A stretch of DNA of 64,000 bases from an uncultured Spirochaetota bacterium. GTDB lineage: Bacteria > Spirochaetota > Spirochaetia > SZUA-6 > CAVTHK01. The position numbers and the translations under genes were made by a program. The stretch lies in the NCBI GenBank assembly GCA_963734495.1, contig CAVTHK010000015.1, positions 1-64,000 of the forward strand. The letters are read 5' to 3'. Each line of letters begins with the position of its first letter. The first letter of the stretch is position 1. The notes beneath the pieces were generated by a model. The model had not been told where the DNA came from. It searched no databases and was given only the letters and a program-made list of their open reading frames with translations. Of this stretch, positions 8,968 through 18,003 are shown piece by piece.

Positions 8968-10507
8968 ATGAGTGTCTGGAAGCTACAGTCGGTCTGGCAC
9001 GTGAGCCGGGAATACGAAGGGGTCGCCGAAGCCGGCGGCCTCAAGGACGTGGTCCGCGGGCTGGCCGAGGCCAGTCTCGCCCATGGGATCACGGCGACGG
9101 TGGTGCTGCCGTACTACGGCGCGGTGTCTCTCGAGGCGCGGCAGGCCGTGGCCCGCCGGTTCCGGGTCCGGGTGTGCGACTCCCGGCGGGCGCCGGCGTT
9201 CCATGACGTGGTCTTCCGCGAGACGCGCCTCCGCGGCGTGCGCGTGCTGCTGGCCGACTCGCCGATCTTCCGCGCCAAGCGCGGCATCTACGTGTACACG
9301 GACGAGGACGAGCGGGAGAACGCGGCGCTCAAGCGGGGCACAGGACACGCGGACGCTCAAGCGATGAATCTCGTGCTGCAGCACGCGGCGCTCGCGCTCG
9401 CGCGCCTCGAGCGGCCCTCGCTCATCCACTGTCACGACGGCCACGCGGCGTTCCTGCCCGCGATGGCCCGCCGCCTGTGGGGCTACCGCCGCCCTCTCTC
9501 CAAAACCGGCTTCGTGCTGACGATCCACAACGCGGGCCCCGGGTACCGGCAGGAGGTCTACGGCATGCCGTACGCGCGCGGCCTCACGCACCTCGGCCGC
9601 CGGACGCTCGCCAGGGGCGTGATCGACAACGCGGTCGAGCCGCTGCTCCTCGGGGCTCTCCATTCCGAGGTGAACACGGTCTCGCAGCCCTACGCGCGGG
9701 AGATCATGGGCCAGGAGCTCGGCCTCGCGTACGAGATGGCAGGGGTGGACCTGGGCGGAATCACCAACGGGATCGACGCCGACGAGTACGATCCGCGGCG
9801 TCCCGAGAAGTCGGGCCTTCCCTTTGCGTTCGACCCGGAGCGCGACGAGCTCGGAGGCAAGGCGCTGTGCAAGCTCGAGCTGCTCGCGCGCATCGCGCGC
9901 GGTCGCAGCGGCCGCGCGCGCCAGTTCGGTTCCGTGTCCCGGGCTGCGGAGCTGCCGCTCATCACGTACGTCGGCCGCCTCACCACCCAGAAGGGGATCA
10001 CGCACCTCTGCGAGGCGCTCAGCCAGTTGTTCGTCGAGAGGCGGGGCTTTGTCGTCGTCGTGCTGGGCGACGGGGAGCGGGAGCTCGAGAGCGAGGCTCG
10101 CCGACCTGGCGTCGTCGCGCGACGCGCACGGCCGCATGGTCTTTCTCGCCGGCTATGACCCTCAGCTCGCCAAGCTCATCTACGCGTCGGGAGACTTCAT
10201 CGTACTTCCTTCAGAATATGAGCCGTGCGGGCTTTCGGACCTCTACGCCCAGATGATGGGCAACGTTCCTGTCGTGAGGCTCGTCGGGGGGCTGGTCAAG
10301 GTCGAAGACGGGGTCACCGGCCTGGGCTATCACCACGCGGACGGGCTCGCCGCGGCGATGCGCAGGGCTCTGGACATGTGGGCCATGGAGCAGCCGGCGC
10401 TCGCGAGGATCCGCCGCGACGCGTTCAAGCGCGTGCTCGCCCGCTACACGTGGCCGCGGGTCTTCGAGTCGGGTTACCTGCCCCTCTACCAGAGGGTGGT
10501 CGGGTAG
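8968..10507 (+). CDS. glgA: Glycogen/starch synthase, GT5 (frameshift ~10095)
   Basis: EAGGLKDV, IHCHDGH, LTIHN, NTVS, GITNGID, VGRLTTQKG, then shifted-frame PSEYEPCGLSDLYA, VGGL. Confidence 0.88.
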
Positions 10508-10514
10508 GGCCGGC

Positions 10515-11312
10515 ATGCAGGCCGAGATCCCCCTCAAGACCGCCGTCGAGGTCGCGCGGATCCGGCGCAGCTGCCGCCTCGCCGAAGCGACGCTCCGGCA
10601 CCTGAGGCCTCACGTGCACGCGGGCGTGAGCACCAGGCATCTCGACAGCATCGCCGAGCGCTACATCAGGGCCGGGGGAGGCCTTCCCGCCCTCAAGGGG
10701 TATCGCGGGTTTCCCGCATCCATCTGCACCTCCGCCAACAACGTCTCGGCGCACGGCATCCCGGACGACGTCGCGCTCGAGGAAGGCGACGTGATCGGTA
10801 TCGACGTCACGGTGGCCGTGGACGGCTGGCACGGCGACGCGGCATGGACCTTCGTCGTGGGCAGGGCAGGCGAGGACGTGCTGCGGCTGGTCCGCGCGGC
10901 CTGGCGCGCCTGCCTCGCGGGGCTCGTGTCGGTAAAGCCGGGCGGCCGCCTCGGCGACGTGGGCTACGCCATCAGCCGCGCCGCGGGCAGGCTCGGCTGC
11001 AGCGTCATCCGCGACTACGTCGGCCACGGCATCGGCCGCGCGATGCACGAGGAGCCGCGGATCGCCAACTTCGGCCGGCGGGGGCAGGGGCTGCGCATCG
11101 TGCCGGGGATGGTCTTTACCGTGGAGCCCATGGTGAACCTCGGCGGCTCGGACGTGAAGGTCATGGACGACGGCTGGACCGTCGTCACGGCCGACGGGAG
11201 CCTCTCGGCGCAGTTCGAGCATACCGTCGCCGTCTATCGCGAAGGCATCGAGATCCTCACGCTTTCCGACACGCGGCTCAAGGATTGTCTTGACGAGCCA
11301 CCGTACTTCTAA
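10515..11312 (+). CDS. map: Type I methionine aminopeptidase
   Basis: GYRGFPASICTSANN, HGIP, GDVIGID, GWHGD, YVGHGIGRAMHEEP, FTVEPMVN, SAQFEHTV. Confidence 0.96.
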   Translation: MQAEIPLKTAVEVARIRRSCRLAEATLRHLRPHVHAGVSTRHLDSIAERYIRAGGGLPALKGYRGFPASICTSANNVSAHGIPDDVALEEGDVIGIDVTVAVDGWHGDAAWTFVVGRAGEDVLRLVRAAWRACLAGLVSVKPGGRLGDVGYAISRAAGRLGCSVIRDYVGHGIGRAMHEEPRIANFGRRGQGLRIVPGMVFTVEPMVNLGGSDVKVMDDGWTVVTADGSLSAQFEHTVAVYREGIEILTLSDTRLKDCLDEPPYF

Positions 11313-11318
11313 TAGCCT
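11290..11318 (+). promoter_or_regulatory. Sigma70-type promoter upstream of tRNA-Thr
   Basis: TTGACG-N17-TAGCCT. Confidence 0.5.
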
Positions 11319-11357
11319 TTCTCGTGCGTGGGCGGGCGTCGAGCGCCGCCTTCGTAT

Positions 11358-11414
11358 GCCACCTTAGCTCAGTCGGCAGAGCACGTGACTTGTAATCTCG
11401 GGGTCGCCGGTTCG
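11358..11414 (+). tRNA. tRNA-Thr(TGT), 5' portion only, broken in the T-loop
   Basis: GCCACCT-TA-GCTC-AGTCGGCA-GAGC-A-CGTGA-CTTGTAA-TCTCG-GGGTC-GCCGG-TTCG then unrelated sequence; anticodon TGT at 11391-11393. Confidence 0.85.
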
Positions 11415-11418
11415 CCCG

Positions 11419-11832
11419 CTATCGCCTGTACAGCATGGCGTAGGCGCTCCCAGCCGGATCGATACGCGGCGGATAGGCTGCAGGATGCGCATTTGTCTCC
11501 AGCACGTTTCCGCCACTACTGATCCGCGCTATTCCATAGAGGAAGCCGAACAATCCCGAATCAACGGTAAACCTGTAGAAGTTCCCGTCCTGGTGGGTGA
11601 TGCTCCACGAATCGGTTTCTAGCGGAACGACATCGCTTTCGTTTTCGAAGAAGCTCACCTCGGTTGCGGTGAAGACCGCCTTCCCGGGAGGCCCGCCGCC
11701 ATGGCCATTGTAGGCTGGATTCGCCCACGTGCCCAGATACTCATAGATGGTCTCTTCGTCGGGAACGCAGCCGGTCACCAGCGATACAACGGCCCCCGCC
11801 ACGAGAACCCATCGGAACGCAATTCGGCTCAT
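11419..11832 (-). CDS. Hypothetical lipoprotein
   Basis: MSRIAFRWVLVAGAVVSLVTGC lipobox-like signal; mature part YLGTWANPAYNG... Confidence 0.7.
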   Translation of the reverse strand: MSRIAFRWVLVAGAVVSLVTGCVPDEETIYEYLGTWANPAYNGHGGGPPGKAVFTATEVSFFENESDVVPLETDSWSITHQDGNFYRFTVDSGLFGFLYGIARISSGGNVLETNAHPAAYPPRIDPAGSAYAMLYRR

Positions 11833-11835
11833 ACG

Positions 11836-11850
11836 CCCCCCCCCCCCCCC
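11836..11850 (-). repeat. G15 homopolymer immediately upstream of lipoprotein start
   Basis: 15 C on the + strand; minus strand reads G15-CGT-ATG. Confidence 0.85.
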
Positions 11851-12197
11851 GCGGTCTTCGCATCTTCCGACAAAAGGCTCCTCCGGCAGCCTGGTTTGAA
11901 ACAACCGTGTTGTCGCCGAGATGCATGAGCCGACTATGGTGCCGATGCAGACGATCGAGGTTCGACCCCTTCGAGCAACGGCTGCCAGATGAAGTATAGG
12001 ACAGAGAGCGCGAAGCCCGCCAGGGCCGAAGCCGCCCTCAGCCGGAGCCCCCGACCGACTAAGCGCTGATAGACTCATGCCAGGTTGTCTCGAGGGGCCG
12101 CGCCGCGGAAGCACCAGCCGGTGAGGGGATAGGTCACGGCCCTGCTGCGGCGGGCTTGTGCGAGGGGCCTTGCCACCTTGAGCGGGAGTAAAGCAGT

Positions 12198-12872
12198 CCT
12201 GCCACCTCGGTCGTCATCGAGCGATACCCAGCGACACTCCAGCTCACCCTGGTTGCGCTCGTGTGGTCCATCGGGCTTGCCTTGGTGCTTGGCACGGTTG
12301 CGGCGACCAGGCGCGGAACCTTTTCCGAGCGGTTCATCATGAGAGTCGCCCTTCTGGGGCAGACCGCGCCCAGCTTCTGGGTGGGCATTATGCTGATGCT
12401 GCTGTTTGCCGTCAGGCTCAGGTGGTTGCCTCCCACCGGAAGGTCGGGTATTGCTTCGATGATCATGCCGGCATTCGTACTGGGCCTGAATCCCTTTGCC
12501 CGCAACATCCGGCTCGTGCGCTCCTGCCTCATGGAGGTCATGGGTCAGGACTACATCACGACGGCCAGATCTAAGGGACTTGCGCAACGGCGGGTCATCA
12601 CACGCCATGCCTTCAAGAACGCGTCGATCCCACTGCTGACGATCCTCGGGCTGCAGCTGCCTGCCGCCCTCGGGGGCGCAGTAATAGCCGAGACGATATT
12701 CGCATGGCCGGGCATCGGCCGCCTGATGATCCAGGCGATCGGGTACAGGGACTTTCCTGTCGTGCAGTGCGCGGTGTTCTTCACGTCGATCATGTTTGTG
12801 GCGATCAACCTCATGATCGACATCCTCTATTCGGTGATCGACCCGCGGATCAAGGCAGCGTCGGAAGAGTAG
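12198..12872 (+). pseudogene. Dipeptide/oligopeptide ABC permease (DppB-like), 5'-truncated
   Basis: VIERYPATLQL...PSFWVGIML...EVMGQDYITTARSKGL...HAFKNA...ETIFAWPGIG...DPRIK; in-frame stop just upstream, N-terminal part absent. Confidence 0.8.
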
Positions 12873-12895
12873 GCTACCACTCGGAGGTGAATCAG

Positions 12896-13200
12896 GTGAG
12901 CGGCGCCGCACAGCGAACAGACACACCTCGGACAGCAAAAGGTGGGATACTTGCGTGGCTGACCGAGCGGCGCAGGCATAACGCGAGCCTGTTCGGCGTG
13001 GCAGTGCTCGCGGGTGTCGTGCTGATGGCCGTCTTCGCGCCGCTGCTTGCGCCGCACGATCCAGAGGTGCAGGACCTGAAGAACAGGCTCGCGCCGCCTG
13101 TCTGGTCTTCACAGGGAAGCTGGAGTCACGTGCTAGGCACCGACCAGCTCGGCCGGGACGTGCTCAGCCGCATCATCTACGGTTCGCGCATTTCTGCCTT
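12896..13200 (+). pseudogene. Dipeptide/oligopeptide ABC permease (DppC-like), 3'-truncated
   Basis: GGAGG SD; FAPLLAPHDP...HVLGTDQLGRDVLSRIIYGSRIS, after which similarity stops. Confidence 0.8.
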
Positions 13201-13300
13201 TGGACTGAGACAATACGATACGATATCAACCGAAGGTATCGACACCATGGGGCATATGATACGCAAGGCGCGTCGTAACTCCTGTGGAGCTACTTCGCAC

Positions 13301-13320
13301 TTCGATTCCGGGAGGTGGCT
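13301..13320 (+). other. Displaced 3' end of tRNA-Thr (att-like fragment)
   Basis: TTCGATT-CCGGG-AGGTGGC-T; AGGTGGC pairs perfectly with the acceptor 5' strand GCCACCT at 11358. Confidence 0.8.
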
Positions 13321-13524
13321 GTCTTAGGTGACCGAGAGGCGGGTCGAGGAGTACCTCCTCAAGCTTCGCACGCAGGGCGCCAGAAGCCAGGACGCACTGA
13401 AGGCTCTGCGCGAATGTGCGAAGGACTTCTTCATCGGGGAGTGTTGCCCGCACTGCTTGACGGTGCGCGGCTCAGGGGGCCAGCTCGGGCCTGAGCACGT
13501 GGAGCATCTGCGGAGCATTCTCGA

Positions 13525-13551
13525 CTTGACGGCGTTCCGAGTGCAACTCAG
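13525..13551 (+). repeat. 27-nt direct repeat copy 1 (promoter-like)
   Basis: CTTGACGGCGTTCCGAGTGCAACTCAG; 24/27 identical to 14366-14392; reads TTGACG-N17-CAGACT. Confidence 0.75.
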
Positions 13552-13574
13552 ACTACAGTCAAGGAGGCGAGAGT

Positions 13575-14285
13575 GTGCTGACGCGCTTGATGATCACCGC
13601 GTTCTCTCTGGCAGTCCTCGAAATCGCTGCCGTAGCTGGGCCCCTTGAAGATGCGAAAGCCGCTTACGATAGAGGCTACTACAGCACGGCTTTGACGCTC
13701 TGGCGTCCCCTTGCCGATCAGGGCGACGCGACAGCCCAAGAGAACCTCGGCAACATGTACGCCAACGGCAGGGGTGTGCCGAAGGACGACGGCGAAGCGG
13801 TGAAGTGGTATCGCAAGGCGGCGGAGCAGTCGTCTGCCTCGGCTCAGACCAACCTCGCCTATATGCACGCCAACGGCCGGGGCGTGCCCAAGGACTACAC
13901 TCAGGCGTTCATGTGGTACAGAAAGGCTGCGGATCAGGGATTTGCGGAAGCTCAACTCAGCCTTGGCATCATGTACAGCGACGGCCTGGGCGTGTCCAAG
14001 GACTACGGCGAGGCGCTCAAGTGGTTCCTCCTGGCCGCGGCGCAGGGCCATATACGCGCCCAGTACTCCCTCGGCGTCATGTACACCAACGGCCTGGGTG
14101 TGCCCCAGGACTACGCAGAAGCCTACAAGTGGTTCAGGATCCTCTACCCCAAGCTCCCGTTGGGGCAAGACAAGGACAACGTGTATAGGATCCTGGATAG
14201 CCTCAGTAAGAAAATGACCCGCGAGCAGTTCGCCGACGCCCAGAAACGCGCTGACGATTGGGACCGAGCACACGCGGCACGGTAG
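13575..14285 (+). CDS. Secreted Sel1-like repeat protein
   Basis: AAGGAGG SD, signal peptide, AGPLEDAKAAY, tandem AQxNLGxMYANGRGVPKD...WYRKAAEQG repeats. Confidence 0.93.
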   Translation: MLTRLMITAFSLAVLEIAAVAGPLEDAKAAYDRGYYSTALTLWRPLADQGDATAQENLGNMYANGRGVPKDDGEAVKWYRKAAEQSSASAQTNLAYMHANGRGVPKDYTQAFMWYRKAADQGFAEAQLSLGIMYSDGLGVSKDYGEALKWFLLAAAQGHIRAQYSLGVMYTNGLGVPQDYAEAYKWFRILYPKLPLGQDKDNVYRILDSLSKKMTREQFADAQKRADDWDRAHAAR

Positions 14286-14365
14286 CAGCTCACGGCTCGA
14301 GCAGTCGCGTCGGTTTGATTGCCGGGCCGAAACGCTGTCTCGCGCATGCGCGTGCCTGAGAACGG

Positions 14366-14392
14366 CTTGACCGCGTTCCGACTGCAACCCAG
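14366..14392 (+). repeat. 27-nt direct repeat copy 2
   Basis: CTTGACCGCGTTCCGACTGCAACCCAG. Confidence 0.75.
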
Positions 14393-14739
14393 TTATTGGG
14401 TCCACTTCTTTCTTTCCTTGATTGAGCCCGAACCCGCCTACTCGGTAGTGGCGGCGATCGATTCGAGTACGCGGACGTATCGCGACGGGATTCAAGTGGA
14501 AACCGCGGCTGTTACCTGCGTGCAAATGAAAAGCGGCGCGGTTAGGGATGCGAGACAGGCGACGAAACCCCGACAGCCCGAGGCGATTGGACCCGCGTCG
14601 CCGCGATAGGTCGTCGGCAGCGGAATATCGGCAAGGGCAGAATCGCGTCTGCTGGGCAAGATGGTCCGAGGTAGCGTTGGTGCGGCCGCGCACGCCCCCT
14701 GGCCGCCATGACGAGCTCAGGAGCGTCCTTCTCCTGGCG

Positions 14740-15415
14740 CTACGGCGCAGCGCTCGGCGTAGATTTGTCCACGGCCGCCGCGATGGCGTCGCGCAGTTTC
14801 CGCACCTGATCCTCGCTCAAATCAAAGGTCAGGTTGCCGGTTTGGCGCGTGTTGCTGGAACCCGCGACCGCGGGCGGGAACACCGTCTTGAAGGATTTCC
14901 CGGCGTTAGTCACGGAGAATACGACAACGAAGGTGACATCCCTGAGCGGTCGATACCTGTCGTTGCCTTCCCTCAAGTCAAGAGTGCCGGAATCCAGCTC
15001 GTAACTGAGCATCCTGGTCGGCGGAAAGGACTTCGGGTCCGCCGCGATAAAGTCGTCCACGGCGTCGAGGAGCTGGCGGGCCTGATCCATGGTCAACGAT
15101 GAAGTCTGCGTCCAGGTCGTAGTCGTTGATGGTCCCAGCCCTGCCCTTGATGAAGACGTTGGCCGCGCGGAGGCTGAAGAGTACGGCCTGGGTTCCGCCA
15201 TCCCGGAAGACCTCTCGCGAGTAGAACACTCCGATGACAGTGCGGTTCCAACCGGGGCCGACGACGTTCACTTCGCTCACCAGATCGATGCTCGAAGCAA
15301 TGGCCCGTCCGCCGCGTATCTCCGGAGCTTTGGACTGGTAGATCGGGTTGTGCACTGTGGCGCATGAGGCCAGGATCGCCAGACACACAGGAAGAATCGC
15401 ACGCGCGGCAATCAT
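14740..15415 (-). CDS. Hypothetical lipoprotein (one frameshift ~15095)
   Basis: MIAARAILPVCLAILASC lipobox; ORFs 14978-15415 and 14740-15201 join into one ~225-aa protein. Confidence 0.65.
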
Positions 15416-15544
15416 CTCGGCTTTCCCTTTCCGCGGCGCCCCCTTTCCGGGAGCGGAGCCACAGTCTCAGCCGCGAGAACTACGCGGGTCAAGCCCAGTC
15501 AGGCCCGCCTGCGCCTCCCGATCGCCGCTGACCGGCCTGCTGCA

Positions 15545-15578
15545 TGGCTACCGCGGTATGCAGGGTGGATACCGCGGT
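15545..15578 (+). promoter_or_regulatory. Candidate enhancer (UAS) for a sigma54 activator
   Basis: TGGCTACCGCGGT / TGGATACCGCGGT repeat at 21-bp spacing; first copy contains palindrome TACCGCGGTA; ~130-160 bp upstream of the -24 box. Confidence 0.5.
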
Positions 15579-15707
15579 GAGCTGACGGTGCACCCCCGGA
15601 GCTCAGGCGGCCGGCCCGGTCGCGAAGCGCCCCGGACCTGCTCTCAGCAATTTGTTTCCAGACAAAGAATAGAGGACGCATCTTAGCCCGCGGAATAACG
15701 CGCGGCG

Positions 15708-15723
15708 TGGCACGCGTATTGCA
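15708..15723 (+). promoter_or_regulatory. Sigma54 (-24/-12) promoter of sugar ABC operon
   Basis: TGGCAC-GCGTA-TTGCA, exact consensus spacing. Confidence 0.85.
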
Positions 15724-15770
15724 CTTCTGCTCCCGTTCTCCAACGTCTTTCGGTTTTCGGGAGGTTGCTC

Positions 15771-16772
15771 ATGAAAAGAGCTGGCAAGGTGATCCTTGCG
15801 GCGCTGGTGGTGCTGCTGGTTGCGGCGCCAGTCTTCGGGTCCCCGTCCGCAGAGACGAAGACCGCGAAAAAGGCCGTCACCATGGCCTTCATGCCCGGCA
15901 TCGCCGACCCCTTCTACTTCACCATGGAACGCGGCATCCGTGCCAAGGCCAAAGAGCTGGGCGTCAACCTGATCGTCGGCGACTACCCCACGACGTGGGG
16001 CCCGGAGGCTCAGGTTCCCATCCTCCAGGCGATGATGGCACGAGGCGGGATCGACATGCTTCTCATCGCGCCGACCTCGGTGGACGCGCTGATCGCGCCG
16101 CTCAAGAAGATCTACGACAGCGGTGTGCAGATCATCACGGTGGACACCTTTCTCGGCGACGGCGACTACTCCAAGACCAGCAACTACTCCTTCCCCCTGG
16201 CCTACATCGGGAGCGACAACGAGCTGGGCGGCCAGCAGGTGGCCGAGCACCTGGCCAAGCTGATCGGCGAGAAGGGCAAGGTCTTCTGCGAGTCCACCAA
16301 CCCGGACACTTCGTCGGTTGTCGGCCGCGTCAACGGCTTCAAGAAGGGCATCGCCGAGTTCCCGAACGTGCAGCTCGTCGGGGTGGACTACTGCCTGGAC
16401 GTGCAGCAGACCGCCATGCAGCAGGTTTCCGCCGCCCTCCAGAAGAACCCCGGCATCGTCGGCATCTTCGGAGTCAACGTGTTCAGCGCCCAGGGGGCTT
16501 ACCAGGCCGTGGTCAACGCGGGGCTCACGGGCGCCGTGAAGATCGCTTCCTGGGACGCCACCGAGACGCTCATCCAGGCGCTCAAGGCAGGCCAGGTCGA
16601 CCTCGTGCTCGCCCAGAAGCCGGCGGAGATCGGATCGCTCTCCGTGGACTGGGGCTACAAGTATCTGACCGCCGGGACGCCGATTCCCAAGAAGGTCATC
16701 CCGGGGTTCGAGTTCTTCACCAGAGACAACGTCAACAACGCCGACATGCAGCAGTGGATCTACAAGAAGTAG
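15771..16772 (+). CDS. Sugar ABC transporter substrate-binding protein (RbsB/CUT2 type)
   Basis: Signal peptide; DPFYFTMERG, IITVDT, YIGSDNELGG, RVNGF, LAQKPAEIG. Confidence 0.92.
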   Translation: MKRAGKVILAALVVLLVAAPVFGSPSAETKTAKKAVTMAFMPGIADPFYFTMERGIRAKAKELGVNLIVGDYPTTWGPEAQVPILQAMMARGGIDMLLIAPTSVDALIAPLKKIYDSGVQIITVDTFLGDGDYSKTSNYSFPLAYIGSDNELGGQQVAEHLAKLIGEKGKVFCESTNPDTSSVVGRVNGFKKGIAEFPNVQLVGVDYCLDVQQTAMQQVSAALQKNPGIVGIFGVNVFSAQGAYQAVVNAGLTGAVKIASWDATETLIQALKAGQVDLVLAQKPAEIGSLSVDWGYKYLTAGTPIPKKVIPGFEFFTRDNVNNADMQQWIYKK

Positions 16773-16885
16773 CCGCAACCGGCAGCCGGCTGTCGCTTGA
16801 CCCGCGACGGCCGGCCGCGCCGGTGCGTTTGCATCGGCGGGGGTCCCCACTTACAATCGACGCGATCGCAGGGAAGGGGCTGACC

Positions 16886-17986
16886 ATGCAGGCGAGCGCC
16901 GGAGCTCTGACCAACGGCAACGCGAGGCCCGCTGTCCTCTCGGTTCTGGGCAGGAACTGGGCGCTGCTGTTCCTGATCGGGGCGACCTTCATCTTCTCGT
17001 TCACGGGCAGGAACTTTTTCACCCTGGCCAACATCCAGAACATCATCTACGCCGCCACCATCTACCTGTTGCTGGCGAGCGCCGAGACCTTTGTGATCAT
17101 CACGGGCGGCATCGACCTGTCGGTGGGCTACGTCATGGGCCTTTCGTCGGTGGTCTGCGCCGGGGTCATGCGGAACCTGTGGTACGTGGACTACGGCATC
17201 CAATGGCCCGCCCTTGCTGCTGTGATCGCCGGGATCGCCGTGGCTATCGTGTCGAGCCTCGCTTGCGGCCTGGCCAGCGGCGTGCTCGTGGCCCGCTACC
17301 GGGTGCCGCCTTTTATCGCGACGCTCGGCGTGCTGGGGGCGGCCTACGGGATCACGCTCCATGCGAGCGGCGGCGGCTTCCCGATCGCGTTCCTGCCTGC
17401 CGGGTTGCGCGAGATCGGCAACGGCTATGTGTACTACTTCAACCCGGTCATCGGGAAATCCCGTTTCTTCGCGGCGCCCGCGGGAACGGCCGACACCCAG
17501 ATCCGGGACCTGGTCCGCATCTTTCCGAACGCGTTGATCTTTACCATCGTCGTCCTGGCCGTGCTGTGGTACCTGCTGCGGCACACCCGCTTCGGCCGCC
17601 ACACCTACGCGATCGGCGGGAGCATGGACGCGGGCGTGAGGGCCGGGATCGACACCAAGGGACACCTGGCGCGGATCTACGTGCTTTCCGCCTTCCTGGC
17701 GGGCGTGGCCGGAGTCGTCAATGTCCTCCAGACCGGCACGGGCAACTTCACGCCCCTGGGCGCGAACTACGAGCTTTTCGCCATCGCCGCGGTCATCATC
17801 GGGGGCGCCAGTCTGCTGGGCGGCAAGGGGCGGATCATGGCCTCAGCGGTGGGGGTGCTCATCCTGCAGGTTCTGGACAACGGCCTGAACCTTTCGGGAG
17901 TGGAGTCCTTCTACCGCTACATCGCCACCGGCGTCGTTCTCATCGTGGCGGTCGTGATCGACCAGCTCTTCCCGGACCTGTTCTGA
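16886..17986 (+). CDS. Sugar ABC transporter permease (RbsC type)
   Basis: FVIITGGIDLSVG, PPFIATLG, TRFGRHTYAIGG, YELFAIAAVIIGGASLLGGKG. Confidence 0.92.
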   Translation: MQASAGALTNGNARPAVLSVLGRNWALLFLIGATFIFSFTGRNFFTLANIQNIIYAATIYLLLASAETFVIITGGIDLSVGYVMGLSSVVCAGVMRNLWYVDYGIQWPALAAVIAGIAVAIVSSLACGLASGVLVARYRVPPFIATLGVLGAAYGITLHASGGGFPIAFLPAGLREIGNGYVYYFNPVIGKSRFFAAPAGTADTQIRDLVRIFPNALIFTIVVLAVLWYLLRHTRFGRHTYAIGGSMDAGVRAGIDTKGHLARIYVLSAFLAGVAGVVNVLQTGTGNFTPLGANYELFAIAAVIIGGASLLGGKGRIMASAVGVLILQVLDNGLNLSGVESFYRYIATGVVLIVAVVIDQLFPDLF

Positions 17987-18003
17987 AGACCAAGGAGTAG
18001 GAG

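Larger units (their letters stand above)
11415..13300. mobile_element. Integrase-less island/remnant inserted in tRNA-Thr
   Basis: Lies between the tRNA 5' part (..GGTTCG) and its 3' part (TTCGATTCCGGGAGGTGGCT); visibly less GC-rich; carries a lipoprotein and truncated ABC permease fragments. Confidence 0.6.

Noticed and set aside
11885-11987. tRNA-like look: GGCAGCC...GAGGTTCGACCCCT...GGCTGCCA
   Set aside because: Spacing between the T-loop-like motif and the acceptor-like strand is too long and I cannot build D or anticodon arms; an Infernal/Rfam scan would settle it.
13328-13648. 106-aa ORF with CCPHC right after the tRNA fragment
   Set aside because: No clear SD, no recognisable family, and it overlaps the Sel1 promoter and start; may be a remnant but cannot be supported.
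11415-15700. Integron cassette array hypothesis for the small orphan genes
   Set aside because: No integron integrase, genes lie in mixed orientations, and I found no RYYYAAC..GTTRRRY attC palindromes.
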